Shown here: piece after piece, positions 13,014 through 25,555 of the stretch | How positions within the stretch are numbered: position 1 is the first letter of the stretch | How the letters are laid out: each line of letters begins with the position of its first letter | NCBI GenBank assembly: GCA_965649825.1 | Contig: OZ287698.1 | Coordinates: 573,949-637,948 of the forward strand | Reading direction: 5' to 3' | Source of the DNA: Penicillus capitatus | Taxonomy: Eukaryota > Plantae > Chlorophyta | DNA: 64,000 bases | Notes under the pieces: generated by a model | Databases searched by the model: none | Seen by the model: the letters and a program-made list of their open reading frames with translations, nothing else | What the model was told of the DNA's origin: nothing | Made by a program: the position numbers and the translations under genes

Positions 13014-13719
13014 ATGGGCATGTGGACACCACGGATTCTCATAGGTCATGCTCAAAAGTTTCGGACACAATGGCGTCAGTGGTCTCGGTATTGCTCCACG
13101 ACGTCCACCTCCGCGTCCACGGCGTCGCAGAAGGAACGACTCGCTGCAGAAGAAAAGAAAATAAATGCCATATGGACAAGCGGTCAGTATCTGTTCTCTC
13201 TAAGTGTCTGCTGACAAAATGCCCCGCAGCGTGTGTGGCTGGCAATCCCAACACCACGGCGGTTGACTTTCCCCCGGACTACAGTCGGTTCGTGATTCCG
13301 CCCGTTGCTTATCAACAAACACCGTGGCTCGAACGACCCACTACAGGATTTAATCCCATATTTCCATGGATCGATGCCAACATTCCACAAGACTCAAGTA
13401 CGCCAACTGCTCTATCTATCCACCGTTCTGCCCGTTGTTGATAAATTGTTTGATCAGAAGAGGAGACTGGGGAGGATCCAGTGGAGGATGATGTGACAGC
13501 GAATAGAGGATCGGAGAATGTCATGGACTGCACGACAAAGAGAACGTACCAACCCAATGTCCGTAAGCGAAAAACAACACATGGATTTCTTGTCAGGTTG
13601 GCAGACGGTTGTATCTGATGACATGCCAGTCAGCTCTAGAGTTTAGGAATCGTACACGCAGTGGGAGACGTATACTGAGAAGACGTATGCGCAAACATCG
13701 TCACAGATTAAGCGTGTAA
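13014..13719 (+). CDS. MRPL34: Ribosomal protein bL34, probably mitochondrial, 4 exons, long N-terminal extension
   Basis: Spliced C-terminus TKRTYQPNVRKRKTTHGFLVR|NRTRSGRRILRRRMRKHRHRLSV* is the L34 signature; Arg/Ser/Thr-rich presequence. Not visible in the ORF track. Confidence 0.9.
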
Positions 13720-13843
13720 GGATGACTATCTTAAATCCGAATTGTTGGGCACCGAGGTGTACATTAATCAGATGAAGAAGCTGTTTTCGCTTGTGCCATA
13801 ACAGATCCGTGTTTAATCAAAGACCCGCTGTTTTCATGAGTGC

Positions 13844-15872
13844 TTAAGAGCAGCATCCTTGCGTGGTGTCCAATGGTGGACGGCGAGATGTCTGCTGGGA
13901 TAGAGGGCTCGACGACATCTGGACGTAATCACGTTCGGCGACATGGCCGAAAAAGAAAACGCCCAAGACGACGCCCAAAATGACGGCCGCGAAAAGACCA
14001 ACATTAAATGTCATGGCGATCAGCATGAGACACAAATCGAGACAGAATGTCAGACCTGTGTGGAGATCACACAAACGACGACATGTATCGCGCTAGAAAG
14101 CAGGAGAGATCGCACCTGTAAGGACAGCTCTGATCAGGTTGCGTATGAAGAGTGAGCGACGGCGTTGGTAGGCAGACGGCGGCGCGGGTTCTTTGCCGCA
14201 TTCTGTTTCGCAGGGCTGTTCACAAGACGGATCGCAGGGAGGACCGTCGCCCACACAGGTGAAGCAATCTCCCTTGTTCTTCGTCCCTGTCACCAGTGCT
14301 CGATACCAGTAGCCTTCTAGCATGGTACGCATGGCTCTGATAGCTTGCAGAATGATACCGAGTAGAACAATGACAAAGAAGCTGCCAGCATAGCCTGCCT
14401 TGCTTTCGGGAATCCATTTCTTGAACAGGATGATATCACGTTGGGCGAAGTGAAAGTACATCCGCATTGGCGGCAAGTAATCTCCCGTTGATCGATCGCA
14501 GAAACGATCGAAGTCGTCATTCGTCAAGGAGCAAAAACGCCGGTGCTCTGTACAGAACGGCATGGATGGCATGGTGAAACACAATTTCGTCATCGTTTCC
14601 AATGTGTGAGCACAGCGAGCTCCTGTCGCTGGACATTCATTGCATCCTTCCATTGCATGCGAACGGCAGGCAGCGATGATGGCTTCCTGTGTCGGCATCG
14701 TCTTGGGGGCCCTACTCGACAACAGCATCTTCATGGCCTGGTCTCGATCTATCTGACGCATCTCACCCAGGAATGGCCATCTTTGAGTGACACTGAGGGA
14801 CGAGAGAATCTTCACGGCACATGGAATTGTAACGACGGCAGCCAGACATACGTGGCATGTCTTCGCACAGCGTTGCCAGAATAGTGAACGGATCACACAG
14901 CCCATCGTTGCGATCCTTTTCCTAAGAGGCATTGGATTTATGAGACAAGGCATCGGGAGGCGAATAACAGACCTTGCAAGCATTTCGGATACTGCAGCCT
15001 GGCATCCATGGCATCCCAGATCCTTCCGTCACACACAAAGCGATGTTATCCTCGTGAATCAAATCCAATGGATAGACATATTCCTGACACGCCTCCATCG
15101 TCGGATCCATCACACATGGGTCATCATCATCACTCATCAGCTCGGCAGTCATGTCATGCATGGCTCCATCTGTCAGTCAGCCACGAACGGCACTTCGCAC
15201 TCCCTTCTGGTTATTCCGGTCCTTACGGTTGTGATGGTGGTGGTCGTGCGACATCTCGGTGTTCTGGCACATGCCTGGCAGCCCTTTTGTCGTTTCGAGG
15301 CCACACCAGTCGTTCCATGGACGACATGGAAGCATGTCCATTTCCTTGCACAGAGAGGAGAGGGTCCCTAGAGGATCGAGACAGGCGTTCGAGAATTTCT
15401 TCCTCTCGGTGTTGGTCATCGGATCGGCCGACGTCGCACGGCACTGACGACACTGCTCCACATTCTGTTCTTCGCAGATCGATCGCGTCGCCTCGAAGGC
15501 GTCCATCGTCGACAGCAGGTTTAGATCGGTGATGTCATCGCAGGAGGCGATGCCTTTCAGCGGACCGCAATTCTCTTCGAACTGAACGCAGGCGTCGAGG
15601 TCAGGGAATTCGAGGCAGACAGCCAGCAGATGGTTGGCAGGAAAACAGACGTCCGATGGCGGCGGAGTCTCGCCACATCCACGATGCAGAGAACAGCCCG
15701 AAGCGAAAGGCACTTGACTGCACACATCGTGCAGCAACTTCAGCGCCGCGCTGTTTTGGATAAAGGATTGACAAGACGCGCTCTCATACTCCGACGGGCA
15801 ATGCAGTTCGTGGTCGGCAAGACACGTTGTCGCAATTGCCACAGCAATCAGCAGCAGTGAACGAACGAACAT
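13844..15872 (-). CDS. CTR: CTR-family copper transporter with Cys/Met-rich ectodomain (Chlamydomonas CTR1/CTR2-like)
   Basis: Signal peptide MFVRSLLLIAVAIA; repeated Cys-Met motifs; MRMYFHF..IILFKKW; TM2 MxxxM motif LMLIAMTFN; GVVLG in TM3. Confidence 0.9.
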
Positions 15873-15993
15873 CGTCGACGCAAAATCCGTTAGGTATCAG
15901 TCGTCATCGCATAGAAGATAAACATCAACCCCTTTATATACGCCATGGACATGACGTAAGACGTCGCGTTATTGAAGGACGCGTTGTGGCGAG

Positions 15994-17959
15994 ATGTGGA
16001 TGGTATGGCGTTCGCGATGGAAGCCGTCGCCTTGCTGGCTCGTCCCTTCTCTGCGTCGCATCTCGGGGGAGGAATTCCATCAGGTCGATTGGGATACCCC
16101 TGCTCTGAAGTACCTTCGCTACATTGGCGTCGATATTCCCAATATGATGCGCCTCTACAAGCGTCTTGGCAAAACGAAGTACTTTACGCGGGATCGTGTG
16201 GCAGATCTCGTCGAGTTCTTTGATCACGTTGGTATGCGTGGGAGCGTGATTAAGGATGCCATTATCTGCGCACCGGATCTCCTCCGTGTCCCGCTGGAGA
16301 AACTGGAGGCGCGTGTGTGTTGGTATCGCGATGTCTTTGATTTCTCACACCAAGACCTTCGGTCCATCCTGGAACTCTATCCCAATCTGCTGGAAGACAA
16401 GGCCACGGCGCGATTTGAACAGGGTCTACAGTACTTTAAGGGACTGGGTCTCACACGTGAGCAGTACCGAGGGATGCTGCTCAAATGCCCAACCATCCTG
16501 CACAATTCGATCGATGAGTGAGCATACCCTACTGCTTCACGCAGGAACGCTGCTAACCGTCATCGTGTTCAGTTCTGTTTCGAAGACAGTCAATTACTTC
16601 TTGGACGGAGGCGTTTCGAAGGAGGATTTCGCTGCATCGATCATGCATTACCCAGAGCTGCTCAATCTCTCACTCATGGGTCACATCATGCCCAAAGCGC
16701 ACTACTTTCAGACAGAGCTGGGAATCCGTAAGGAGACATTTGCTCGGGTGTTTGTGAAGCACGGTTGGGTGCTGAAACTGAACTTGGAATCGGATGTGCG
16801 CCATACGGTGCAGTGGCTTCTGGATTTTGGCGCATCGAAGTCATCCCTCGGCAAGTTGATTCTAAAATTCCCTCCCATTCTGGGCTACTCTGTCGAGAAC
16901 AATCTGAAGCCCAAACTCGATTACTTCATCCACTACTTAGGTCCAATGCATCCATCGAGGGCATTGTACGAAGGGGATCGTTGTTGTGTAGGGATGCCGT
17001 TTGGGGAAGTGTCTCTGATGATTGAAGAACATCCAGGGTTTGTGAGTGCCTCTCTGAAGGAACACATCCGGCCTCTCGTTTGGTGTTTGGAGCATGAACT
17101 GTCGATGCCGTTACACGATACTCAGCAAGTCTTCAGCAGAGCCCCGCAGATTTTCACGCTTTCCTTCGGAGAGACGATCAAGCCCACGATCGATTATTTC
17201 ATCCTCGAGCTGCACTGCACGAAAGAGCACTTTGGCAAAATGCTGACGCTGTTTCCGCAGTTGTTGTGCTATGACTTGGAAAATACGATCAAGCCCAAGA
17301 TCCGATGGCTCCAGGACACTGTAGGCCTCGGACACGATCAGATCAAAACGGTGGCGCTGCATCGGTGTGCAAAGATAGATACCATCTGGAATGAGGGGTC
17401 AACGAGTAACTGTGTCTTTAGGATCTATCCCTACACCACAGAGATGCTGAACAACAAGCTCATGTTCGTCCGCACGCAGCTGGACATTACACACGAAGAG
17501 ATGCAAAAGATGATCCTTGCCGACGCATCGTTCCTGCACAAGTCTCTCTCCAATCTGGCCAAGAAGATTCACCTTGTGGACACAGAATTGAAAAAGGACC
17601 GCAAAGAGATCGCGCAGCTTCCGCAGTACCTCGGTTATTCGCTCTCAGCCAGACTTCAGCCTCGCTGGAAATTCCTGCAATCCCTGCAGCGAGATGTCTC
17701 TTCTCTCACACTACAACAGATGTTTGCCTGCTCGGACGACTACTTCGCCAGTTCCGTCGCCAAGAGCTCCAGCCTCAAATACCGCATATTCAGGAAGAGC
17801 TTACAGCGGAGCGCATCCGAAGACGAGAGCGAAGACGAGACAGCGGAGGAGGAGATGCTCAAAGAGACGTTCTTCCAGCAACAGAGCGGCGCGCCCATCG
17901 AAGAGATGCGTGAGGCCGAACGACGCTTTGCACTCAGCTTCAAGTATCAGACCGTATAA
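15994..17959 (+). CDS. mTERF-family protein (organellar)
   Basis: Repeated P.LL..S.E..LKPK..YF units (KFPPILGYSVENNLKPKLDYF; FPQLLCYDLENTIKPKIRWL; PQYLGYSLSARLQPR). Confidence 0.9.
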
Positions 17960-18002
17960 TGCGTTAGTACTTTATGCGACGACTTGACAGGCGGCAGATG
18001 TT

Positions 18003-18007
18003 TGTAA
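18003..18007 (+). terminator. TGTAA chlorophyte poly(A) signal after mTERF
   Basis: 44 nt after the stop. Similar sites at 25503, 44927 and 61221 (+) lie shortly downstream of stops. Confidence 0.55.
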
Positions 18008-18065
18008 CCGCCATCAACGTCAACATCTGGTCCGACTGTTCGTCTGCCGACGTGTATTGCTGCCG

Positions 18066-19753
18066 ATGAAGTTTCCTTTGACGATGCCTCTCGATGTGCC
18101 GCGTCTGCTTTCATCGCTGCACGGTCGGCCACTCGATTTGCTTTACGCTTTTCTGGTCCATCGCGTTGCGAGTCGAGCGTCGTTCTTTTCTCGCGGTTGG
18201 GGCGACCTCCGTCGCCTCGAGTGGTTACGTGACCGCGTCAAAGGTTTCTCTGACTGGCCTCCACCGGGACTACGCATCTCGTGGAAGCTGTTGGAAAACG
18301 GCGAACGCGATGGGCGGCGGTATCGTTTACTCGAAGGCAGGTTCGTATCGCCTTCTTCGCCGACGGTTTGGGACGCCCTTCCACCAGAATCCCGCATAAG
18401 TACATCCATCCATCGATGAGCCACCGATGCTGATCTCCCCAAGGCCGTGTGCGTCTCCTGGTTCCTTCTGAGCCGTTTAGCAACCATGTGCAGTGTGTCC
18501 TGCATCTGCCCGGGACGGGAGACCAAGGATTCGGTCGACGCATGCGTCTGGGCCTCTCTCTACTACAACATGTGCTCTCACTCTATTGCTATCTGCAGCA
18601 GTCTCATACATTCTCAGCGTAGAACACTGCTTCCCTCATCCTGGAATCGCCGTTCTATGGATCCAGACGCCCATGGGAGCAATCTGGGTGTCGGCTAAGG
18701 CATGTGAGTGATCTGTTGACGCTGGGACGCGCCACGATCGAAGAGAGTGCTGCTCTGCTCTACTGGGCAAAGGGAAAGGGATTCTGGCCATTGGGTGTAT
18801 GTGGACTGTCGATGGGAGGAGTCCATTCGTGCATGGTCGCATCGCTCTATCGAGAGAGTCTAGCGTGCTCTCCTCTATTAGCCCCAAGATCCGCCGCCGT
18901 TGCGTTCTGTGAGGGCGCCCTGCGGCATGGTATTACGAACTGGCAGTCGCTGGCCATGTCCAGAGACACCAATGACGAAGTCTGTGCTGCTTGTTCGTTT
19001 GTGCGATCGCTGACGCTTCGCTCTCTGCAAGGATATCGATGCGACGCTGCTCGAAGCAGAAGAGGTGTCGGCGTCCCTCGAGCGGCTACGAACCTACACA
19101 CCGTTCGTGCCAGAAATGGACTGGATGCTTGCTCACGGAGAAGACACGGCTCAAGAGTACCGATTCCTCGTCCAATCCGCTCTCCATCAGTACTCCACGC
19201 TCTCCCCTACCTACTACCCAGACGACAACATCTCAGGCAATACCATACATACCATGCCTATGTCGCCGATCTATCTACGCATACTGACATACAGACGAGA
19301 CATCGGCGCTATCGCTGTTTCATGCCGTGGATCGTTACGAGGCGTTGAAACGCTTGCAGATGGTGTTAGAGATCTTCACAGATGTCACACAGTTTCCAAT
19401 GTAAGACATTACAGAGGAGGCCGTCCACATGTCCACTTAATATTTTGGTTTGTTTGTATGTGTGATGTCCAGTCCCCAGCGACCGGATGCTGCGATCTTT
19501 GTTGCAGCCAAAGACGACGCTTATGCCCTTCCTCATTCAGCGCAGGAGCTACATCAGTACTGGCAGGGATCCGAGCTGCGTTGGGTAAGACATGGCACAT
19601 CGTTTCTTCAACACCTGTCACATCAGAATCGTATGTCTACAGATTTCTGGCGGACATGTATCTTCTATTCTCTTCCATGCCAAAGATTTCTGCAATGCCA
19701 TAAAAGATTCCCTACTTTGCCTGTCTCAACCTCCACAAGTGTCCTCTCATTAA
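18066..19753 (+). CDS. ABHD18: ABHD18/C4orf29-like alpha/beta hydrolase
   Basis: FFSRGWG, LHLPGTGD, nucleophile GLSMGG, AKDDAY and GGHVS after splicing. Confidence 0.85.
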
Positions 19754-20097
19754 ATGGGATTACATGTTTCTCGTATGAAACTGGGATCAAACAATCTTTA
19801 CGCTCTGACAGTGTCTTCAAAGAAACAGTTAGAAAAATAGATCACATTGAATGGGTAAATGAAGAGAATCTGCGTGTGCGTAGTGACTGACTGACTGGCC
19901 CCAGGCATATTTCTCCACTACTTGAATCCCGCAATTTTCTTTGTGCCTCGTGAAAACAGGATTGCCATTATCGGATGGAAAGATAGATGGCACAACCGAA
20001 AAGGAAAATTACAGCATTGATCTAGAAAACGGCAGGGACGGGTGGATAGTTCAGATGTATCGGGAAAAGCTACAATTGAAAATTGCTGGTCACTTGG

Positions 20098-22864
20098 TCA
20101 GAAATGGTGACGACGATCGTGTTTCGGCGTTACAGGTAAACGATAAGAGCCACTCGATGTCGACGATCCAAAAGATTCAAAACGACTAATAGCGCGTGTA
20201 TTGACTGGACTATGAGATAAGGAATGAGGATGACGTGTGCGCTCATACATGCCCTCTACGGCATAACCGATTCCGACGCGACTCTTCGGAACCCATACCT
20301 CCGACGCCACACGTGGCTGAGGCATCAGATCCTTACTGTAATCCCTACGCGATTCATATTTCTTTATGCGACGGTATTCAGGCGAAGAGTAGGTATCGGG
20401 TCGGAGGGGGGCCGATTTGCGTAGGAGGCCATCGCGTCCATACACGGCGGCATAGTCGTCCATTCCTCCAGCCACACCCAATCCCGGAGGCCCATGAGGC
20501 ATCCTGTCCGCACTGTGTCGCGAACGGGATAGGTGATCTCTCATGGCATGGCGATCGTACTCGTCATAGTACGTCATTCGTTGTTTCTGCGATGCAGATG
20601 ACAGCACGGCACTGCGATTGGATTCGCGTGATCGTACTGAAGCCGTTTCGCTGTGCTTGGAAGATTTATCCGAGCAGACGGATGAGGCCTTCTCTGAACG
20701 GGGCCCTTCGATCTTCGGCGGATCTGCTGTCTCGTCAGGAGGGGACAATGAGATTTGTTTGGTCCTGTTTTTAGAGGTGGGCGGTTTTGTCGATTTACGA
20801 TCGGCGACGCGCGGAGAGGACGTACTGGATCCTTCCGATGCGCCATCATGTGGCAAGACGGGCTTCAATGCTGCAACGCCGTCGCCTAGAGGCAGCGCAC
20901 ACGTCAGTCACATCAAAGAAGTGTGAGATGTCACATCACACGTACATAGTGCCTCGCCGTTGACGCCAACGGTATCGCACGTCATTTTGATGTAAACGTC
21001 AAGAAAACTGGTATCTGTCATGCAGACTTCTGCCAGATAACCACTCTCTGCAACGCAGCGACATCACACATGGCCTTGGAAAAGTGTGACCTTACGTGAA
21101 TTCTCACAGGTGAGTTCATACATTGCCTGATACCACATTTTCAAGTCAGGATACATGTCTGGACGCATTTCCCATGGCTTTGCGTTGAAATAGTGAAAAC
21201 ATTTTACATCACACCCTTCAAGCCAATTCTCATGCCAGCAGAGCGCATTATACCCCTAGAGCACACAGCACGCTGACAGACAGTACATTGGGTACTGGAC
21301 GGGAAGGACCTGTGAAATATGCGTCCACTGTGTTTCGGGGTTCTGCAAATGATAAAAAAGAACTATGGACTGCTCATCAAAGCCAGAATGACAGCCAGGA
21401 ATTCCAAAAGGCTGTTGAGAGCATACAAAAGCGTTGAAGATACCATAAGATGCAACACTCGGCTCCAACAAAACAACGCTTCCTACAACGAACACCCATC
21501 AACCTCATCCAACAGACACCAAATACGAAGCCCATACCCAGCGCCAGATACGAGCCTTTGTTTTCGACACGTTCCGAGTGCTTTAGAGAGTACTGAATTG
21601 CATTCTTGATCCTGTCATTGTCCACTCGATCTCCATGTCTTAGCCCCTGTATCCATCATCTCTCACTCTTTTTCTGTCGATTCGGTCACACAACGAGATT
21701 ACCTTGAAGGGGTCCTCATACCCATCTTTTCTATATGTCTTTGCCCACGGCGAAGAGAACGTCGCTGCTGGAGCCGACATCTCAAATAAATGATCGATGT
21801 TGCTCACTGGCAGGAGGTCTGCGTCTAAAAGGATAACCTGAAGCATGGATGGCACCCATTAGGCATCGATGGCGGCTCTAAGTCACAGGAGACTGTCTTA
21901 CTTTCTTATACATCGAAAGGGCAAGCGCATTCCATTTCGTAAACGATCGTTCAATCCAATTCCCGTAATACTTCTGCTGCTTCTTTGTTGTCATCCTTTG
22001 ACACTTATACTCTAGATAGGGCACTTGAAAAACAGCTGTGAATTCAGAAGCGAGTGCTTCGACGACACCCAAGCTGACATCCCTTGTCACCAAACATACC
22101 TGTCACATCATCCATCTCTTCTCACACCATTGGGCTCCATAGACAACGAGCTCTTACGATGTCAGCTTTTGAATTAAGCTTTTTGAGTCTGTGTGCTAAG
22201 ACTGTCGCTCCAAGTGCGTACGCGTCTCGGTTCATAACCAGCACACAGAAAGCCAGAGAGCTTGCGCTTTTCCCGCGAATCAGCTTCGGCAAAGTGCGCT
22301 TCGTTGTGTTCAGATACACGTCCCTCAGCCATCCTGTCGGCGCTTCCTCTCTTTCTGCAAGTCGACTTGGACGAAACGGCGCAACAGTGGATGTCGTTTC
22401 GTTTTCTGTCGTCCCTTTCTTCTCCTCCTCTTTCTCGGAGAGCTTCGTCAACAGTTTCTGCAGCCGTTTTTTGAGCTTGGCATTTTCGCTTTTCGCTTCT
22501 GTCAGCTCTGCCTTCTGTTTGTTAAAATCCGCCTTCAAATGTATCTCCCTTATTGAGAAAAACCCTCAAAACGGACGACGCACTTCTAACACGTCGTATT
22601 TATCCTGAGCTCCACCGAGACTGCGCTGAACAGCGTGCAGTAGGTCTTGAACCTGCGCAATTCCGTTGGCTTCTTCCTCCGCGTTGGAAGGCGTCTGTCA
22701 TGAGGCACGCGGCGATGATGCATAAAGTGAAGAGAAGGTCGAGGACTTACGGACAGAGGTTTCTTGTTCTCTTTCGACATCGCACGCAAAATGACAAAGA
22801 CTGAAGACGATGTGAGCGGCGTCGGACGCAACGGTGGATGTAGTGGCGCTTTCTTGTCAGTCAT
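20098..22864 (-). CDS. GT8-family glycosyltransferase of baculovirus P13 type, with N-terminal coiled coil and probable long Ser/Arg-rich C-terminal tail
   Basis: VLVMNRDAYALGATVLA, VCLVTRDVS, YGNWIERSFTKW, ILLDAD (DxD), CHSGFDEQ, HYFNAKPW across exons. Joining of the 20098-20868 tail is inferred. Confidence 0.75.
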
Positions 22865-23015
22865 TTCGTCACTCCCGCTCGCTGATCATGCCTTGAAGCA
22901 AGCGCACAGAGAAGAGAGGCTAATTAATATATGAACAAAAGAAGGACATGCATGATATCCTGACGGGTTCGTATGTTCGGCTCCTCCGAATCCATACAGG
23001 ACCGCTTGGATCCTA

Positions 23016-24358
23016 TCAGTCGGATTTTTCTTCCAATGCCGAGGCACCCGAAATGATCTCGATGAGCTCTTTCGTGATAGTCGCCTGACGACTCCTGTTA
23101 AAACGCATGGTTTCGAGTGAAGGCATTGAGCGAATGTGTGACCTGTTGTACAGAAGTGTGAGACTGCCCAGCATCTCTTTCGCATTTTTGGTGGAACTCT
23201 CCATGGCGGACATCCGACTGGCATGCTCCGAACAGGAATTCTCGCAGACGGCATTGTAGAGCAGTGCGGCAAAGTGGAACTCGCACAAATCTGCACTCCT
23301 GTCTTCAACACCGTGGTCATTCCTTGTAGGTCTCACCTAGGAGGAGTTCTGAGCGGTCCGGTCCTTCGACTTCGTAGGTGTCGAGTATGGATCCCACGTC
23401 CAAGTGCTTTTCCAGATTCTACAACGCTTGTGTGAGATCGATAGGTGATGTGACTGAAAAGACATCTGGCGAAAGGACGGTGGCGATGGTGGGTTTGAAC
23501 GACAGGGCCGAGACGAAACGGTTGTACACTATCCTGGCCGAATCGAAATCCACTTTCAGCATATCGTCCGAGATTTGCGAAATCTGCATCTCACACATGT
23601 GCTCTCACTCTTTCCCCGCTGAGTGAGCGAAACGCACTTGGGCAAAGGTCGGCGCCGTTTTCGTGACGTCTGCAATCGTCAATTTGAATCTCTCTTTCAT
23701 GCTGCGTTGCAGCTGTATCTTGCACTTCTCTCCCAAAATCACTAAGAAAAATTCCCTTCCCTCTGCACAAAGCCGATCACATGAGATCTCCCTCCGTGCG
23801 TCATCCCATCACTTAGCCAACCTGCACTCAATGTGTCTTGAATGCCGCGCGTGTATTTCGTCAGATTCGAATTGATGCCTCCACAGAGTCCCTTGTCTGT
23901 CGAGACAGGAATCGTCAGATTTTTATCGCTGGGCGTCGCTGAGATCACACATCGTCCATCCTCTGCATCATCGGCGATCGGTTAGACCTGGCATGTCGCC
24001 GAGAAATCGGACGAGGGGTTTGACGATCCCGCGCGATTCCCCGACACGTTGTTTGGCCATACGCATCTTTGAAGCAGCCACCATCTTCATAGCCGACGTG
24101 ATCTTCTTGATATTCTCCACCGACTTCATCCGCGTCTTCACGGCGAGGAGCGAGGCGTGGCGCACTTGCTCCGCACGTACATACCTACACACGGCGACGT
24201 CGCGGTCCACTGCCGATGACAGTGGACTCTGCTTACTGGCTACGGCTCTCCAATGCGGAGCCGAGTCCGATGGGACAGACACCCGGAGCAGCGAACTGCC
24301 GTTCCCATTCGCGTACGGTCGTGCGTGCAAAATTCGAGAGCGATTTTCGTAGCGCCAT
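23016..24358 (-). CDS. ATP3: Mitochondrial F1 ATP synthase gamma subunit
   Basis: Presequence, [67 protein letters not shown]. Confidence 0.97.
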
Positions 24359-24483
24359 CGTTGACGGCAACGGCGATCGACGTCACGACAGACAGACCAA
24401 AGAAAACAGTACGACACATGCATCAACCAACTAACTCGTCCTCCCATACACATGTATTCCCATTCTGTCCATCAGGACATCGT

Positions 24484-24918
24484 TTACAAGCCATCCTGCA
24501 GCTCCTTGCGCAGATGATCTAAGTACTCTCGAATGCGTTTGGCATTGGCACCGAGATCGCCTTTTCCCAGACGACTTCTGGATCGCATGTCGACAATGCT
24601 GCCATCGTCTTTGGAGCGCACTCGGATAACGAAATCATCACGAAAGCGGAACACCGCTGTCACAGACATGCCTTCAATGAGACCATCATCGACGTTCTCA
24701 TATTTTATCGTCCATCTTGGCATGCTCGTTGCTGTCTTGAGTGCAGCCTGGAAGGTAATGTCCTTCTTATGTCCAGCAAACGTCGCTGGTTTCAAATCGG
24801 GGTAGTGCTGCCGAATAATGGGCTTGAAATCTTCAGGCAGTGGTCCTATCTGCTCCTTGGTGAACGACGGAGGGTCGTCCAAGTCTGTCGCGACGTCGTT
24901 GATCAGCGGTGGGCACAT
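24484..24918 (-). CDS. DUF1499-family protein, intronless
   Basis: PPLINDVATDLDDPPSF, FRFRDDFVIRV, VDMRSRSRLGKGDLGANAKRI. Confidence 0.85.
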   Translation of the reverse strand: MCPPLINDVATDLDDPPSFTKEQIGPLPEDFKPIIRQHYPDLKPATFAGHKKDITFQAALKTATSMPRWTIKYENVDDGLIEGMSVTAVFRFRDDFVIRVRSKDDGSIVDMRSRSRLGKGDLGANAKRIREYLDHLRKELQDGL

Positions 24919-24979
24919 TTGCAGAACGGTCGGGTGAAAGGACGGCGCGGATCAATTGCATCAGGCAGCGGTGACGCTG

Positions 24980-25481
24980 ATGGAAGCGACGGCGACGACA
25001 GGACATCCGTTGACGCGCTTTGCTATGTCTTACTGGGCACAGGTCGTGGGCGGCACCGTCTTACACTTTCTTTTCGGCGCCCTCTGGTGCGTGCGTCGCA
25101 GAGCAGGCGTGATACGTGGGTGATGGTGTGGATGGTAGGTACGGTCCGATCAATGGCGCGCTGTTTCTCCAATTGGCCTTTCGCAACGCTCAGCCGCCAT
25201 CCGATCTGAATTTCCCCCTCTGTCATGCTGTCACCATCACGGCCTGCTTTGGCCTGAACAATCTGCTGAAACTTGTGGTGGATGCCATGGATGTGTACAC
25301 GGTAACGGGTGGCATTGTCATGGGCAGCGCCATGTGGGCATTCGGACTGTTCCTTCAATTGCCCCATGCATTTTATGAACATCGCTCCTTAGTTCTGACC
25401 CTTGTGCATGAAATTGGACACCTCATTGCGCTGCTTTCGCTTGCTACTTACTACGCTCTGTTGAGCGATGCGAAGACGTAG
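24980..25481 (+). CDS. DUF1761-like small membrane protein, 2 exons
   Basis: Spliced LHFLFGALW|YGPINGALF resembles the DUF1761 GALWYSP motif; about four hydrophobic helices. Confidence 0.65.
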
Positions 25482-25555
25482 GTGCTTCGCCACGTCACAT
25501 CATGTAACGTTGATGCGAACGAACGAACATGCGTTTGGTCTCGCGAACCAGCGTC

